From Ostreococcus lucimarinus (lineage: Eukaryota), in assembly GCA_000092065.1 (NCBI GenBank), contig CP000581.1: DNA of 64,000 nucleotides. One strand, 5' to 3'. This document shows, piece by piece, positions 29,001-38,314 of this stretch (its first letter is position 1; each line of letters begins with the position of its first letter). Made by a program: the position numbers and the translations under genes. A model generated the notes under the pieces. That model was not told the DNA's origin. It was given only the letters and a program-made list of their open reading frames with translations, and searched no databases.

Positions 29001-30224
29001 TCGACGACGACGGCGGAAGAGCGACGCAAGGCTTTGCGCACTGGTGGTTCGTTTGGCCTCGCGCAAGCTTTGACGATGGGCTTCTACGGGTTCGCCTTTT
29101 GGTGGGGTGGGCAGTTGATCGGCAAAGGAGAGCTCACTTTCATGGATTTCATGAAGTCGCTTTGGGCGCTGGGCTTCTGCGCTGCAGGCGCGGGGCAAGC
29201 GGCTACTTTTGCCGGCGATAATCGCGATGGCACGGCATCGGCCGGGCGTATTTTCAAGATGATCGATCGCGTGCCGCCGGTGAACGCGCAACCGTTCATT
29301 CAAGTCTCCGGCATTGAGGAGACCGCTCGCCAAGTCCCGACTTCGTCGAGCGACACTGACGAGAAGAAGTTTGGCAAAGTCATCGACAACTTGAAGGGAA
29401 AGATCGAGTTCAAGGGCGTGTTCTTTAGCTACCCAACTCGTGATGCGCCAGTTCTTGGGGGATTGGACCTCCAAGTGAATCCGGGGCAGACTGTGGCGCT
29501 GATCGGGCAATCAGGAAGCGGTAAGTCGACGGCGATTCAACTCCTCGAACGGTTTTATGAAATCGTTCGCGTCAGTCAACGAATCACAGACGACGATAAC
29601 GGTAACGATTTCAAGATTGCGATCGAAGGCGCGGGGTCAGCGGGTAAGATTTACATCGATGGCGTCGATCTCTCTGAGTTAGACTTGATGTGGTTCAGAA
29701 GCAATGTGGGTTTAGTCGAGCAAGAACCGACGCTCTTTTCAGGAAGCGTGCACGATAACATCGCGGCGGGCATGCCCGGCGGCATCGCAACTCGCGACCA
29801 AGTCATCGCTGCGGCGAAAACAGCCAATGCACACGAATTCATCGTTCGCATGCCCGACGGTTACGATTCCGACGTCGGCATCGGTGGTGGCCGTGTCTCT
29901 GGGGGCCAAAAGCAGCGCATCTCCATCGCGCGTGCCATCGTCAACGATCCCCGCATCTTACTCCTCGACGAAGCTACCTCGGCGCTCGATAACGAGTCAG
30001 AACGTCTCGTTCAAGCCGCTCTTGACGGTTTACTCGCCGACGGCAGCAAGCGCTCGACAATCGTCATCGCCCATCGCCTGTCGACGATTCGAAACGCCGA
30101 CAAGATTTTCCTGCTCGAAAATGTCGACAACGCCGGCGGCGTCGTCGCCGAGAGCGGCACTCACGCCGAGCTCATCCGCGCCGGCGGCAAATATAAAGCA
30201 TTGACGTCTGCATACGACCAGTGA
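26028..30224 (+). CDS. ABCB: full-length ABC transporter, subfamily B (P-glycoprotein/MDR type, TMD-NBD-TMD-NBD)
   Basis: Two Walker A sites (GASGCGKST, GQSGSGKST), two ABC signatures (LSGGQKQRIAIARA, VSGGQKQRISIARA) and two Walker B sites (ILILDEATSALD, ILLLDEATSALD), with 6+6 TM helices. The first ATG is at 26028, because the ORF was called from GTG 26025. A TGTAA lies 9 bp after the stop. Confidence 0.9.
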   Translation: MGKHDTKSDDATPDDAEARDVKTEMVPLSTMFRFYEPVDMALLAAGALFSALGGALFPAVNVAFGNMLDSTAVGDVGSKINNAVIAMEIVAVSLGVSLTLGYWFTSWGAARAARNMRSAFVRAMLAQDINFFESKKAGEIATLTGATVNDFQTGMSKKFAELIQSGFSMAGGFGVGFYFNAELSGVILATVPLLGFATFFLIKSIQDMQKGNVEYESAAAVATETIGAIRVTNALNYQNVATNRFKANLGKAQRHGAKQIWKASFAGGGLFASMFIMYALGLWYGAKLIADSKVDAIASYPPPAGLTDVTDATWGAHATFARQMCVYTNEPTKNYTGEALLQCACGLDYSMALLTTSPNCGCGYRLSTTFGGVLDSAASPCLTGGTIVMVFFSILFGGFALGQAGPAIEALAKARMAAFKIYGVIDRKPENGIDTRKPTGVDPITPMRGEIVFKDVDFEYSPQRPVFSGLNLTIEGGAVVALVGASGCGKSTITKLVERFYDPMSGTIFLDGVDLRNIRIDKLRANIGIVSQEPLLFEASIADNIAAGRPQAIGGSKASMDEIVAAAEAACAHEFIMSFPNGYNTMVGGKNSKLSGGQKQRIAIARAALRNPAILILDEATSALDTENEMLVQDALDGLVHSVAGGQRTTIVIAHRLTTVRDANKIVVLGSKDAAAGLAGGGGGAHGSIVLEQGTHDELMALGSKGMYRNLVGLTKDDGSKRVKRSASLSSFQSVRRETSEFGEEFTKKDVQVTANKPTEVYKVSAARVWKYSKEDVPLLITGMFFAIANGCVMPSVAFVFAELLTVFYMDDITYMRERSAVLSGAMGAVAVGAFLVMGTQGGIFGNIGERLTTRLRIHLFRSIMRQDVAFFDEKENTVGALTTLLQADTTKVRTMTGQSFGSVIQAAAALTFGLTVSLTASWKYGLVLLACVPVLSIGEMLNMKNLADSTSLDETVAEGSARVSETVTMIKDVHAFGLEDKMAENYDAAISTTTAEERRKALRTGGSFGLAQALTMGFYGFAFWWGGQLIGKGELTFMDFMKSLWALGFCAAGAGQAATFAGDNRDGTASAGRIFKMIDRVPPVNAQPFIQVSGIEETARQVPTSSSDTDEKKFGKVIDNLKGKIEFKGVFFSYPTRDAPVLGGLDLQVNPGQTVALIGQSGSGKSTAIQLLERFYEIVRVSQRITDDDNGNDFKIAIEGAGSAGKIYIDGVDLSELDLMWFRSNVGLVEQEPTLFSGSVHDNIAAGMPGGIATRDQVIAAAKTANAHEFIVRMPDGYDSDVGIGGGRVSGGQKQRISIARAIVNDPRILLLDEATSALDNESERLVQAALDGLLADGSKRSTIVIAHRLSTIRNADKIFLLENVDNAGGVVAESGTHAELIRAGGKYKALTSAYDQ

Positions 30225-30232
30225 TCGTGTCT

Positions 30233-30237
30233 TGTAA
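30233..30237 (+). terminator. TGTAA putative polyadenylation signal 9 bp after the ABCB stop
   Basis: CTTGTAAATC lies immediately after TGA 30222-30224. Confidence 0.4.
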
Positions 30238-30356
30238 ATCACGCACCATTTTTTACTCCAGCTGTGCTTTGATTCGCGCCGCGACTCGGCCCGCGCGTTC
30301 TCAGCTGTCGCTCGAAGTGTCCAAGAATTCAAACTCACGCTTCACATCGCACCGCG

Positions 30357-33191
30357 ATGTCTTCGCCGTCGCGCGATCGTTCGGGAGTTGTGGACACGAC
30401 CAACGCGCACGCGATGCCGTCGCCGACGCGCGCGTCTAAGTCGCCGACGCGCGCGGTAGCGACAATCGACTTGACGAATTCAAATTTCGGTCCGAACGCG
30501 ACGACGACGACGACGAGTAAGAAGCGCAAGGTGGACGCGGCGAAGGAGGCGGAGAAGCTCGCCAAGGCGCAGGCGGCGCAGGCGGCGAAGGAGGCGAAGG
30601 AGGCGGCCAAGGCGGAGAAGGCGCGACGCCGCGAGGAGGAGAAGGCGGCCAAGGAAGCGGCCAAGGCGGAGAAGGAACTAGAAATGGCGAGGGCGAAGGC
30701 GGCGAAGGAAGCGGCCAAGGTGGAGAAGGAACTAGAAATGGCGAGGGCGAAGGCGGAGAAGGAAGCGGCCAATGCGGAGAAGGAACGCGAAGCGGCGGCG
30801 CTGAAGGCAGAGAAGGCGAAATCGAAGGCGGAGAAGGAGGCGGCGGAGAAGGCGAAATTAGAGGAGAAGCGGCGACTCGAGGCGAAAAAGGCCAAGGAAG
30901 CGAACGTTTTCGCGCAATTTTTTGTGAAGTCGCCAGCGGTGAAATCGAAACCCGTGGTGACGCCGGAAGTGCGAACGCCGGAGGTTTCGCGAGAGGTGCG
31001 GGAAAAGTTGGATGATATCGTGCGCGCGGAGGATGCCGTCGAGGATATGGACGCGATTCGTGAAACGTCTTTGAAACGTTGGAAGACCAAGCGTAAAGAA
31101 TGTAGAATTGAGAAACGATGGGGTGCGCGACGCATCCAACGGGACGTCGAGGTGACATCTGTGCTTTGCTTTTCTTTGCTGAGTAAGCGCAAGCGCGACG
31201 ATGACGGGATGGTTCACAAGAGTGCGCGTCAACGCCGCTTGTTTGATATCGATGTCGCCTTATACGAGCGCCCCGCATTTTGGGGAACTGGACCGTTTCC
31301 AAACCGTCCGGCGAACGCATCCGTTGTGACTGGAAGAAGGCCGTTCGGACAAGAAAAAGATGTTGATTACGAATATGATTCCGCGGAGGAATGGGAAGGC
31401 GCTGACCAAGGCGAAAGCCTTTCGGATGAAGACATCGACGAAGAAGACGACATGCCGCAGGCTTCAGATGATGAGGACGATGGTTTTATCGCAGGCGACG
31501 ACGAGATGGCCGATGAACCCAGGCATTTCGACGCTGCAGCTATTGGCGATGATGCGGAAATGACGCAAAAGCGAAGCACGATGGCGATGCTTGCCAACCG
31601 TTCACGCCGCTCGGCGGCTCCGCTCGTGATTTCTAAATTAGCCACGACAGTTGCTGAAAATGGCGGAGAATCAAGTTTGTTACGCCTGTTCGCGTTGGAG
31701 GCGCCGTTTTCGAACGCGCCGCGCATTAGCCTCAAAGTGTCAACTTCACAGCCGGCGTCGGCGGTGAAAGCGTCGAAGACGGTTTCGAAAGCGGCCAAGA
31801 CTGCCACAAAAAAGAGTGCGGACGACATACTTCAGGAAAATCTCCGAATGCTGGTCATCTTCCTTTTGAGAAACCCGTCGTTGAAAGTGAACCAGGTGAA
31901 AGCCAAGTTCCTCGAAGAAGCTTGTCACTCAATCGCCGGTTTGAATCACTCGGCGGTGAAACGAAAGATCATGGAAATTGCGACGCATGTGTCGAATCGC
32001 TGGATCATTACGGAGAAGGCTATGCAAGACGCCGGTGTGAGTGACGAAGAGGTTGCAGAGCTGCGAGCTAACGCTGTCGTTCCAGCAAAGAGTACGGTGA
32101 AAAAACGCAAAATCGAGCAAGGCGATGGCGCCGCTGCGGCTCCACGAACTTTGGAGACATTCTTCGGCAAAACAGAGCAGGAAAAACTTCCCACCGCGAC
32201 GGACGCGCCAATCTGGAATCTCGCGATTGCGAGTATGTCGAGGTCGAAAGACTCCAAAGGGATGTTCCGGGATGATTACAAGCACATTTTTGACGAGTCG
32301 AACTTGAAAGCGTGCGTTGAACAGGGGGTTGTTCCCGATTCGTTTGTTTCATGTCTGATCAGAAGCGTCGGCGCCAAATCGCAAAAGACGGCATTCCGTA
32401 TTGCGTGTGAGAAATTGCTCGTGGTTGTGTTTCGCACGCTCGGGAACGGCCAAAATGGTGTTTCGGAGCGCAAGCTCGTCACACCAGCCCGTGCGAGCGT
32501 CGATGCCGCTTGCGGTGGAGATGCGCTCGTGAGCGCGATAACTTCTTGCATAGAAAGTGGACAGGAGTCGTTGAAACTCGCGGCATTGGAGATAATGGAT
32601 GCGCTTTTGTGTGACCCTACGGCGGGAATGAAATTCGTGACCAATCGCATGTTCTCCAAACAAGTGATGCAGCTCATGATTGATGCGCTGGGCAGACGCA
32701 ACGAAGAGTTTTCCGTTCTCGCCATGCGCATTCTCTGCCGCGCCCTCGGCAGTCAAACTGCGATTGAGACGTGCTCTGCCTTACGCCCGGAGGAGTTCCT
32801 GACGTTATCGCGAGAACTTGCAAAGGGCATACGTTACCAGTCGCCGGACATTCGCGACAATGTCCGCCACGTCTCGTCCGGTTTGAACTTTCTCGAGAAA
32901 TGTTTCTCGATGGAAGCCTGGACGAGCGCGGTCGACCGCAACGCTTGCCGCAAAACTCTCGTCACCGTGTTGGGTGCGTGCATCGTACATCGCGAAGACG
33001 CCCTCGATTGGACGAACGAAGTCACGACTGTTTTGCTTAATATTTTGATCGGAACGATGGAGGTGCTTGAAATTACGTCCGAGGACAAGATACAAATGCG
33101 GAACGCTCTCAACGCGCTGTGGACGTCGAACGATGGGCAAGTCAAGCAACTCGTCGAGAAGGTCCAAAACGCACTAGAAAATGTCTGTTGA
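30357..33191 (+). CDS. chromatin assembly factor 1 subunit A (p150/FAS1)-like protein
   Basis: A K/E/R-rich charged coiled-coil (KER) region with in-frame 54-bp repeats is followed by an acidic D/E cluster (SDEDIDEEDDMPQASDDEDDGFIAGDDE) and a conserved C-terminal region, matching the CAF1A-like architecture. The assignment is moderate. Confidence 0.5.
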   Translation: MSSPSRDRSGVVDTTNAHAMPSPTRASKSPTRAVATIDLTNSNFGPNATTTTTSKKRKVDAAKEAEKLAKAQAAQAAKEAKEAAKAEKARRREEEKAAKEAAKAEKELEMARAKAAKEAAKVEKELEMARAKAEKEAANAEKEREAAALKAEKAKSKAEKEAAEKAKLEEKRRLEAKKAKEANVFAQFFVKSPAVKSKPVVTPEVRTPEVSREVREKLDDIVRAEDAVEDMDAIRETSLKRWKTKRKECRIEKRWGARRIQRDVEVTSVLCFSLLSKRKRDDDGMVHKSARQRRLFDIDVALYERPAFWGTGPFPNRPANASVVTGRRPFGQEKDVDYEYDSAEEWEGADQGESLSDEDIDEEDDMPQASDDEDDGFIAGDDEMADEPRHFDAAAIGDDAEMTQKRSTMAMLANRSRRSAAPLVISKLATTVAENGGESSLLRLFALEAPFSNAPRISLKVSTSQPASAVKASKTVSKAAKTATKKSADDILQENLRMLVIFLLRNPSLKVNQVKAKFLEEACHSIAGLNHSAVKRKIMEIATHVSNRWIITEKAMQDAGVSDEEVAELRANAVVPAKSTVKKRKIEQGDGAAAAPRTLETFFGKTEQEKLPTATDAPIWNLAIASMSRSKDSKGMFRDDYKHIFDESNLKACVEQGVVPDSFVSCLIRSVGAKSQKTAFRIACEKLLVVVFRTLGNGQNGVSERKLVTPARASVDAACGGDALVSAITSCIESGQESLKLAALEIMDALLCDPTAGMKFVTNRMFSKQVMQLMIDALGRRNEEFSVLAMRILCRALGSQTAIETCSALRPEEFLTLSRELAKGIRYQSPDIRDNVRHVSSGLNFLEKCFSMEAWTSAVDRNACRKTLVTVLGACIVHREDALDWTNEVTTVLLNILIGTMEVLEITSEDKIQMRNALNALWTSNDGQVKQLVEKVQNALENVC
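30651..30792 (+). repeat. in-frame 54-bp tandem repeat (2.6 copies) inside the CAF1A-like coding region
   Basis: The nucleotide unit AAGGAAGCGGCCAAGG(C/T)GGAGAAGGAACTAGAAATGGCGAGGGCGAAGGCGG encodes AKEAAKAEKELEMARAKA repeats. Confidence 0.8.
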
Positions 33192-33248
33192 AACAAATGA
33201 TACACTTTGATCGATTGAAATGAAATACACTATAGTTCAGCTATTCCG

Positions 33249-34813
33249 TCAACGCCTCGTCGGCGCGGTGTTTTGACGAAGGATGTTGTTTCGACTCTTG
33301 ATCGCTTTGCTACCGCTGCCCTCGTTCGCTATCGCTCCCACTTGCATGTACGGATATTCTCCGGCATGTCCGAGCAGACGCGGCGGAAATTCTAATGTTC
33401 CGAGCGCGAGGGTCGTTACCGATTTAAGTTTTTCACTCGATACCGGCGTGAGGATGTAAACGTAGCGGTTGTCAACATCGATTCCTCTCACGACGCCGAC
33501 GCCGACGCATTCAGCGCAATAGCGTCCAGGTGCGGCGGATTTCAACAGTCCGACGACCGCACCGTTGAGCGCCATCAGCGCCTCGCGCGCATCCAAATCG
33601 CTTTGCAATACGTGCAAAGTGATGTCGTCAAACGACACGCGCCACGGTGTCGCCGTCGTCAAGTCGAAAGCCGTCGCCGCGAACGCTTCGTTTTCGCCCA
33701 AATCGTCCAGTTCGAGAGCGCCTTCGTGAGGTCGCTCGTTGCACATCGCCACTGTTTGTCGAGACCAAGCGAGCCAGGACAACGCGCGCGAATCGCTGGG
33801 TGACCTTTTCGTGTCTTTCGACTTCGTCCCGCCCGGAGACGCATCGTTCGCGATGTTTTCGTACGTTTCTACGCTCGTCTCCTCTGTCTCCGCGTCGGCG
33901 CCCTTTGGCGCCGTCCCGAAACCGGCGGCGACTTCGTACGTCGTCACTCGCGGGTTCGAAGTCTCCGGAACGTTTGCGTCGTGAAACCAGTACACATCGT
34001 CGGGCACGTTCCTACTCGCGACGTGCGAATTTATGTTAATCACGTAACACGATTCCGTGCTTCGACCGACGGCGCGCAGAATTTCCTCCGCGAGCTCCAA
34101 TCCGAGTCCCTTCACCCAACCGCTCGCGTTCACCACGAGCGCCGGTTTGTCTTCACCCAGCGCCGCCCACGCGTCGACGCACGCGAGTGCCCCTTCGACG
34201 TACGCGTCTGGATCGCCCTGCGGGCTCACGTCGCCGACGAAGCTCGCGTACAGCGGCGCGCTCGGAGCGCCCTCGAATTCCGCGCCGCTCGCCTGATGCG
34301 TCTGCGGCGGCCCGAGCAACGGCGCGCGTAAAATCGTCAGCGACACCATCCCGGGCGCCGTCAACTCGGGCTGTCCACAATCCAAATCCAACCACCCACA
34401 CACCCCTCGTTCGCGCAAAATCACGTTCGCCGCGTGCCGAGCGAGCGTGCTCTTCCCCACGCCCTTCGGCCCGACGAACGCCGCCGCGAACGCCTCCCTC
34501 GTCCTCGTCGCCGCCTCCCGCACGCGCGTCAGCGCGCGCTCCCAATCTCTCGACACCATCGTCGGCGTCCATCCCAACGCCCGCGCTTCCCTCGCCCCGC
34601 ACACCGCGTACGCCCCGCCGCCGCGCACCGCTCGGAACTCCAACGTCGCCCCGCCGCCGCCGCTCGCCGCGCACGTCGTCGCGCTCGCCATCCCCGCCGC
34701 GCTCCGCACCACCACCTCCTCCGCCGTCGCCCGCGACGCCGCGAGCGCGTACCCGCCGACCGTCACCGCGCCATCGACGCACCGCGCGACGCACGCGCCG
34801 TCCACGCACGCGA

Positions 34814-34848
<35 letters not shown>

Positions 34849-34982
34849 CGCGAAAGCGCGATCGTTCGACGCTCGACGCCGTACGGCGCGCGAACGGCGC
34901 GCGTCGCGCGCGCGTCGTCGCCGTCGCGCGCGCCGTCGTTTTCAGCGCGCGCGCGCGACGCGCGGCGCTTCCTCGGCGGCAT
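33249..34982 (-). CDS. GRC3: polynucleotide 5'-hydroxyl kinase GRC3/NOL9 (Clp1 family)
   Basis: Clp1-type P-loop FVGPKGVGKSTLARH, the N-terminal beta domain and the C-terminal Clp1 domain are present. A (GD)n run GDGDGDGDGDG lies near the N-terminus. ATG at 34982 checked. Confidence 0.75.
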
Positions 34983-35020
34983 CGAGTGCGGCGACTCGAC
35001 GCGCGCGACTCGACGACGCG

Positions 35021-36001
35021 ATGCCGCGCGCGACCGCGACCGCGACGGCGCGCGCGACGGCGCGCGCGACGGGACGCGCGCGGACGCGGACGCGGACGCG
35101 GACGCGCGCGCGCGACGCGCGACGCGCGCGCGACGGCGACGCGCGACGCGGGACGGACGCGGCGGCGGCGACGCGACGCGACGCGAACGCGCGACGCGTG
35201 ACGAGCGCGCGCGCGACGGGACGCGACGCGAACGCGCGACGGACGTGCGAGGTGCACGACCTGTCGACGGCGCTGACGCCGTACGACGAGGCGTGGGCGT
35301 GGCAGCGAGGATTTCTCGAGCGCGCGCTCGAGCGCGGCGACGACGCGAACGACGCAGCGATACTGCTGCAACACCCGCCGACGGTGACGCTGGGCGCGGG
35401 ATCGACGGTGGATAACTTGAAATTTAACGTCGATCGACCGCCGACGGGGTTCGAGGTGCGACGGTGCGAGCGGGGGGGGGAGGCGACGTATCACGGGCCG
35501 GGGCAGTTGGTGCTGTATCCGATTCTAAACTTGGCGCGCGCGCCGCACGAGGCTGATTTGCACTGGTACATGCGCGCGCTGGAATCCGTGGCGCTGGAGG
35601 CGATGATTGAGTTAGGGTTGGACGCGGCCAAGTGCGGACGCGTGGATGGGTTGACGGGGGCGTGGTGCGACGGGCACAAGGTGGCGGCGGTGGGCGTGCG
35701 CGCGCGACGATGGGTGTCCTACCACGGCGTCGCCCTGAACGTCTGTCCCGACCTCTCGCACTTCGCCAACATCATCCCGTGCGGCATAGGCGATAAACCG
35801 GTCGGTAGCGTCTCCCAGCTCTTGCGAGGGGACGTCGGTCTGGTGAGTTCGGCGTCCGAAGCCACGCCGCTCGTCCCTCGCGAGAGCGCCGACGCCGACG
35901 ACGTCGCGTTGATGCTCGACGCTCGCGACGCCTTCCTGAGCGCGTTCGCGCGCGTGTTCGATTTAGATTTAGAAATCACTCCGACCAAGCCATCGTTTTA
36001 G
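35021..36001 (+). CDS. LIPB: octanoyltransferase LipB (lipoyl(octanoyl) transferase) with Arg/Ala/Thr-rich presequence
   Basis: LipB core motifs are present (LLQHPPTVTLG, RRCERGGEATYHGPGQLVLYPIL, CG..DKPVGS, with the catalytic Cys/Lys region). The first ATG in frame is 35021, and the preceding 278 codons of ORF 34187.. are antisense to GRC3. The ~85-aa N-terminal RTRTR/ARD repeat tract is probably an organellar targeting peptide. Confidence 0.8.
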   Translation: MPRATATATARATARATGRARTRTRTRTRARDARRARDGDARRGTDAAAATRRDANARRVTSARATGRDANARRTCEVHDLSTALTPYDEAWAWQRGFLERALERGDDANDAAILLQHPPTVTLGAGSTVDNLKFNVDRPPTGFEVRRCERGGEATYHGPGQLVLYPILNLARAPHEADLHWYMRALESVALEAMIELGLDAAKCGRVDGLTGAWCDGHKVAAVGVRARRWVSYHGVALNVCPDLSHFANIIPCGIGDKPVGSVSQLLRGDVGLVSSASEATPLVPRESADADDVALMLDARDAFLSAFARVFDLDLEITPTKPSF

Positions 36002-36117
36002 GCCGGTGTTTTAGTTCTTAGCCACGCGGTGTCGCCGCGAGACCGCGACGCCGTCGCGAGACCGCCGTCGCACCCGCCGTCGAAAAAGTCAAACCTCCCC
36101 ACTTCGCGCTCGCGCGC

Positions 36118-37230
36118 ATGCGTCGCGCGTTACTCTCCCACGCGCGCGTTCCAGCACTCTCGCGCGACTGTACGGCGTCGCACGCGCGTCCGTTCGCGCG
36201 TCGCGCGACCGCGCGCGCCGTCATGTCTGAGGTGATTCAGGGTGCCCACGCGATATCGGTTCCCGCGCCCATGGCGACGCGCGATCCGTTTCTGTTCTGC
36301 GTCTACCACAAAGACCTCTTCCCGGCCGGCGACGCGAAAATGCAAGCGCCGAGGCGCGGGAACGGCGCTGACTTTGACGCCAAACAGCCGTACAGAATGT
36401 ACCACGGCGACAACATTCCCGGCTTCCCGCAGCACCCGCATCGAGGATTCGAGACGATAACGGCGGTGATGAAAGGAACGATCGATCACAGCGACTCGCA
36501 CGGGAACGCCGGGCGGTACGGGGATGGGGATTTGCAATACATGACGGCGGGCGCGGGTATCGTTCACGGCGAGATGTTCCCGTTGAAACACGACGACAAG
36601 CCGAACACGTTGCAGTTGTTTCAGATTTGGTTGAACCTGCCGAGTGCGGATAAGATGGTTGAGCCCGCTTTTGTGATGCACTGGAGCGAGGACATACCGG
36701 TGCGAAAGCGAGACGGCGTGGAAATCACGGTTTGGACCGGAGAGTACGACGGCGTCAAGGCGCTCGCGCCCACGCCCAATTCGTGGGCCGCAAAGCCGGA
36801 GAACGACGTAGGAGTATATTTGTTGAAGATGGAACCAGGCGCGGCGTTTACCCTCGCCCGTGCGCGCGGTGGCAAGTCGACGAATCGTTCGTTATACTTT
36901 TGCGAAGGGAGCGCGATTGAAGTTTGCGGTCAAACGCTCGATCGTAAAGCCGTGCTGGACGTGGATGCGTCGCGTGAAGTTCAGGTAAAGAATATTGGTG
37001 AAGACGAAGTTATCATTCTCGTCTTGCAAGGAAAGCCTATCGGCGAGCCTGTGGCGCAGCACGGGCCTTTCGTAATGACGTCTGAAGCTGAAATTCGCCA
37101 AGCCTTTTCAGACTATAGACAAACCCAATTCGGTGGCTGGCCTTGGCCCGAAGACGCCGTAGTGTTTCCCCGGGAGAAAGGAAGATTCGCTCTGACCGGG
37201 GGCGTAGAATCCGCTCCACCTGCACGCTGA
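36118..37230 (+). CDS. pirin (bicupin)
   Basis: The N-terminal cupin motif HPHRGFETITAVMKG and the second cupin domain are present, and the length fits. The start may instead be the ATG at 36223 (MSEVIQGAH). A TGTAA lies 5 bp after the stop. Confidence 0.85.
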   Translation: MRRALLSHARVPALSRDCTASHARPFARRATARAVMSEVIQGAHAISVPAPMATRDPFLFCVYHKDLFPAGDAKMQAPRRGNGADFDAKQPYRMYHGDNIPGFPQHPHRGFETITAVMKGTIDHSDSHGNAGRYGDGDLQYMTAGAGIVHGEMFPLKHDDKPNTLQLFQIWLNLPSADKMVEPAFVMHWSEDIPVRKRDGVEITVWTGEYDGVKALAPTPNSWAAKPENDVGVYLLKMEPGAAFTLARARGGKSTNRSLYFCEGSAIEVCGQTLDRKAVLDVDASREVQVKNIGEDEVIILVLQGKPIGEPVAQHGPFVMTSEAEIRQAFSDYRQTQFGGWPWPEDAVVFPREKGRFALTGGVESAPPAR

Positions 37231-37234
37231 GACT

Positions 37235-37239
37235 GTAAA
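37235..37239 (+). terminator. TGTAA putative polyadenylation signal 5 bp after the pirin stop, followed by a T9 run
   Basis: GACTGTAAATGATGTTAGTTTTTTTTT. Confidence 0.4.
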
Positions 37240-37300
37240 TGATGTTAGTTTTTTTTTCAAGTTTGAGGAAATTTCTCGAACATCCGAGGGTGGTCAGAAA

Positions 37301-38281
37301 ATGACCCCCACCGCCGTTTACCCTCGAAGCAACTTCGTGCGGAGAGGCTATCGCGTGTTCATCCTTCTTCCGCTGCGACTGTGCGCGTTCGTGACGACGC
37401 TCGGTTTGCTTTGGGTGGAAAGCGTGGCGCACATTTTGCTGTGTTTTCTTCTCAACGTTCGCTTGGGCCCCCGAGCGACTCAGCACGCCGCCGAGGAGGC
37501 CGGTACCAACTCTCGCGTCGCATTCGTGAATGATTGGCTCAAGCTACGACTTAATGCGGAGTATCCCACATGGTTCATGAAGTTTCACGACACACATCTT
37601 CGTGTCGCGCATTTTGCGGCAAAGGTGGCATTGTTCTGCTTGGGATACTCGAAACTGGACGTCCAAGGCGAGCGTGATCCGCAAGCTGATGTACTCGTGT
37701 GCAATCACCGTGGAATCATCGACGCGCTGGTGTTGTCCTTCGCGCTTAATCAAGTGCCAATCTTCGTCGGTGGAGCGTCCATTGTCGAGCTGCCGTTCCT
37801 GCGAGAACTTGGGATCTCCTTGGACTTGTATTTCGTCGACGAATCCATGCGAAAGTTTGCGGTGTACGAATTACGCGACCTCCTCAGCCCTAAATCTTCC
37901 ACTCGTCGTCGGCCGCTCGTCGTATTCCCCGAAGGTTCGGCTGATTATGGCACGAGTCTTCGAACATGGATTCATCCGGGATGCTTTCAGATCGTGTCCG
38001 CTGAGCGTATGCAGGGTGTCGCACTCACGTTCCAGGGACTCGGAGAATTTTCACCTACGTGGCCGTTGTCGTCGAGACTGCACACCTTATTCGGCATACT
38101 GTTCTTTTTGGCACAGATTCCGTCGAATCGATCACGCGTGGAGTTTATCAAACCAAAAGTAGCAGAAAATGCGACTAGGGAGGAGATGATGGAAGACTTC
38201 AGGCGAGCGATCGCGAGCGCTCTCGATGTCCCCGTGGCGAACGAGCGCGGCGGCTACGATATGCCACATCGCGAGCGATGA
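37301..38281 (+). CDS. lysophospholipid acyltransferase (PlsC/LPCAT-LPEAT-like)
   Basis: Acyltransferase motif I NHRGIIDALVL (the NHx4D motif) and motif III FPEGS are present, with N-terminal hydrophobic helices. ATG at 37301 checked. Confidence 0.7.
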   Translation: MTPTAVYPRSNFVRRGYRVFILLPLRLCAFVTTLGLLWVESVAHILLCFLLNVRLGPRATQHAAEEAGTNSRVAFVNDWLKLRLNAEYPTWFMKFHDTHLRVAHFAAKVALFCLGYSKLDVQGERDPQADVLVCNHRGIIDALVLSFALNQVPIFVGGASIVELPFLRELGISLDLYFVDESMRKFAVYELRDLLSPKSSTRRRPLVVFPEGSADYGTSLRTWIHPGCFQIVSAERMQGVALTFQGLGEFSPTWPLSSRLHTLFGILFFLAQIPSNRSRVEFIKPKVAENATREEMMEDFRRAIASALDVPVANERGGYDMPHRER

Positions 38282-38314
38282 ACGTGCAAACAATTGTTGC
38301 TACAAACATGTGTG

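Noticed and set aside
29518-29525. GGTAAGTC, a perfect 5' splice-site consensus, inside the ABCB gene.
   Set aside because: It is simply the codons GSGKST of Walker A (ggaagcGGTAAGTCgacg), and the reading frame continues through conserved NBD sequence.
29553-29640. The possibility that the NBD2 insertion of the ABCB gene is an unspliced intron.
   Set aside because: No GT...AG pair of plausible length is present and the segment is in frame without stops. It is kept as a finding, an insertion of unknown origin, but I do not call an intron.
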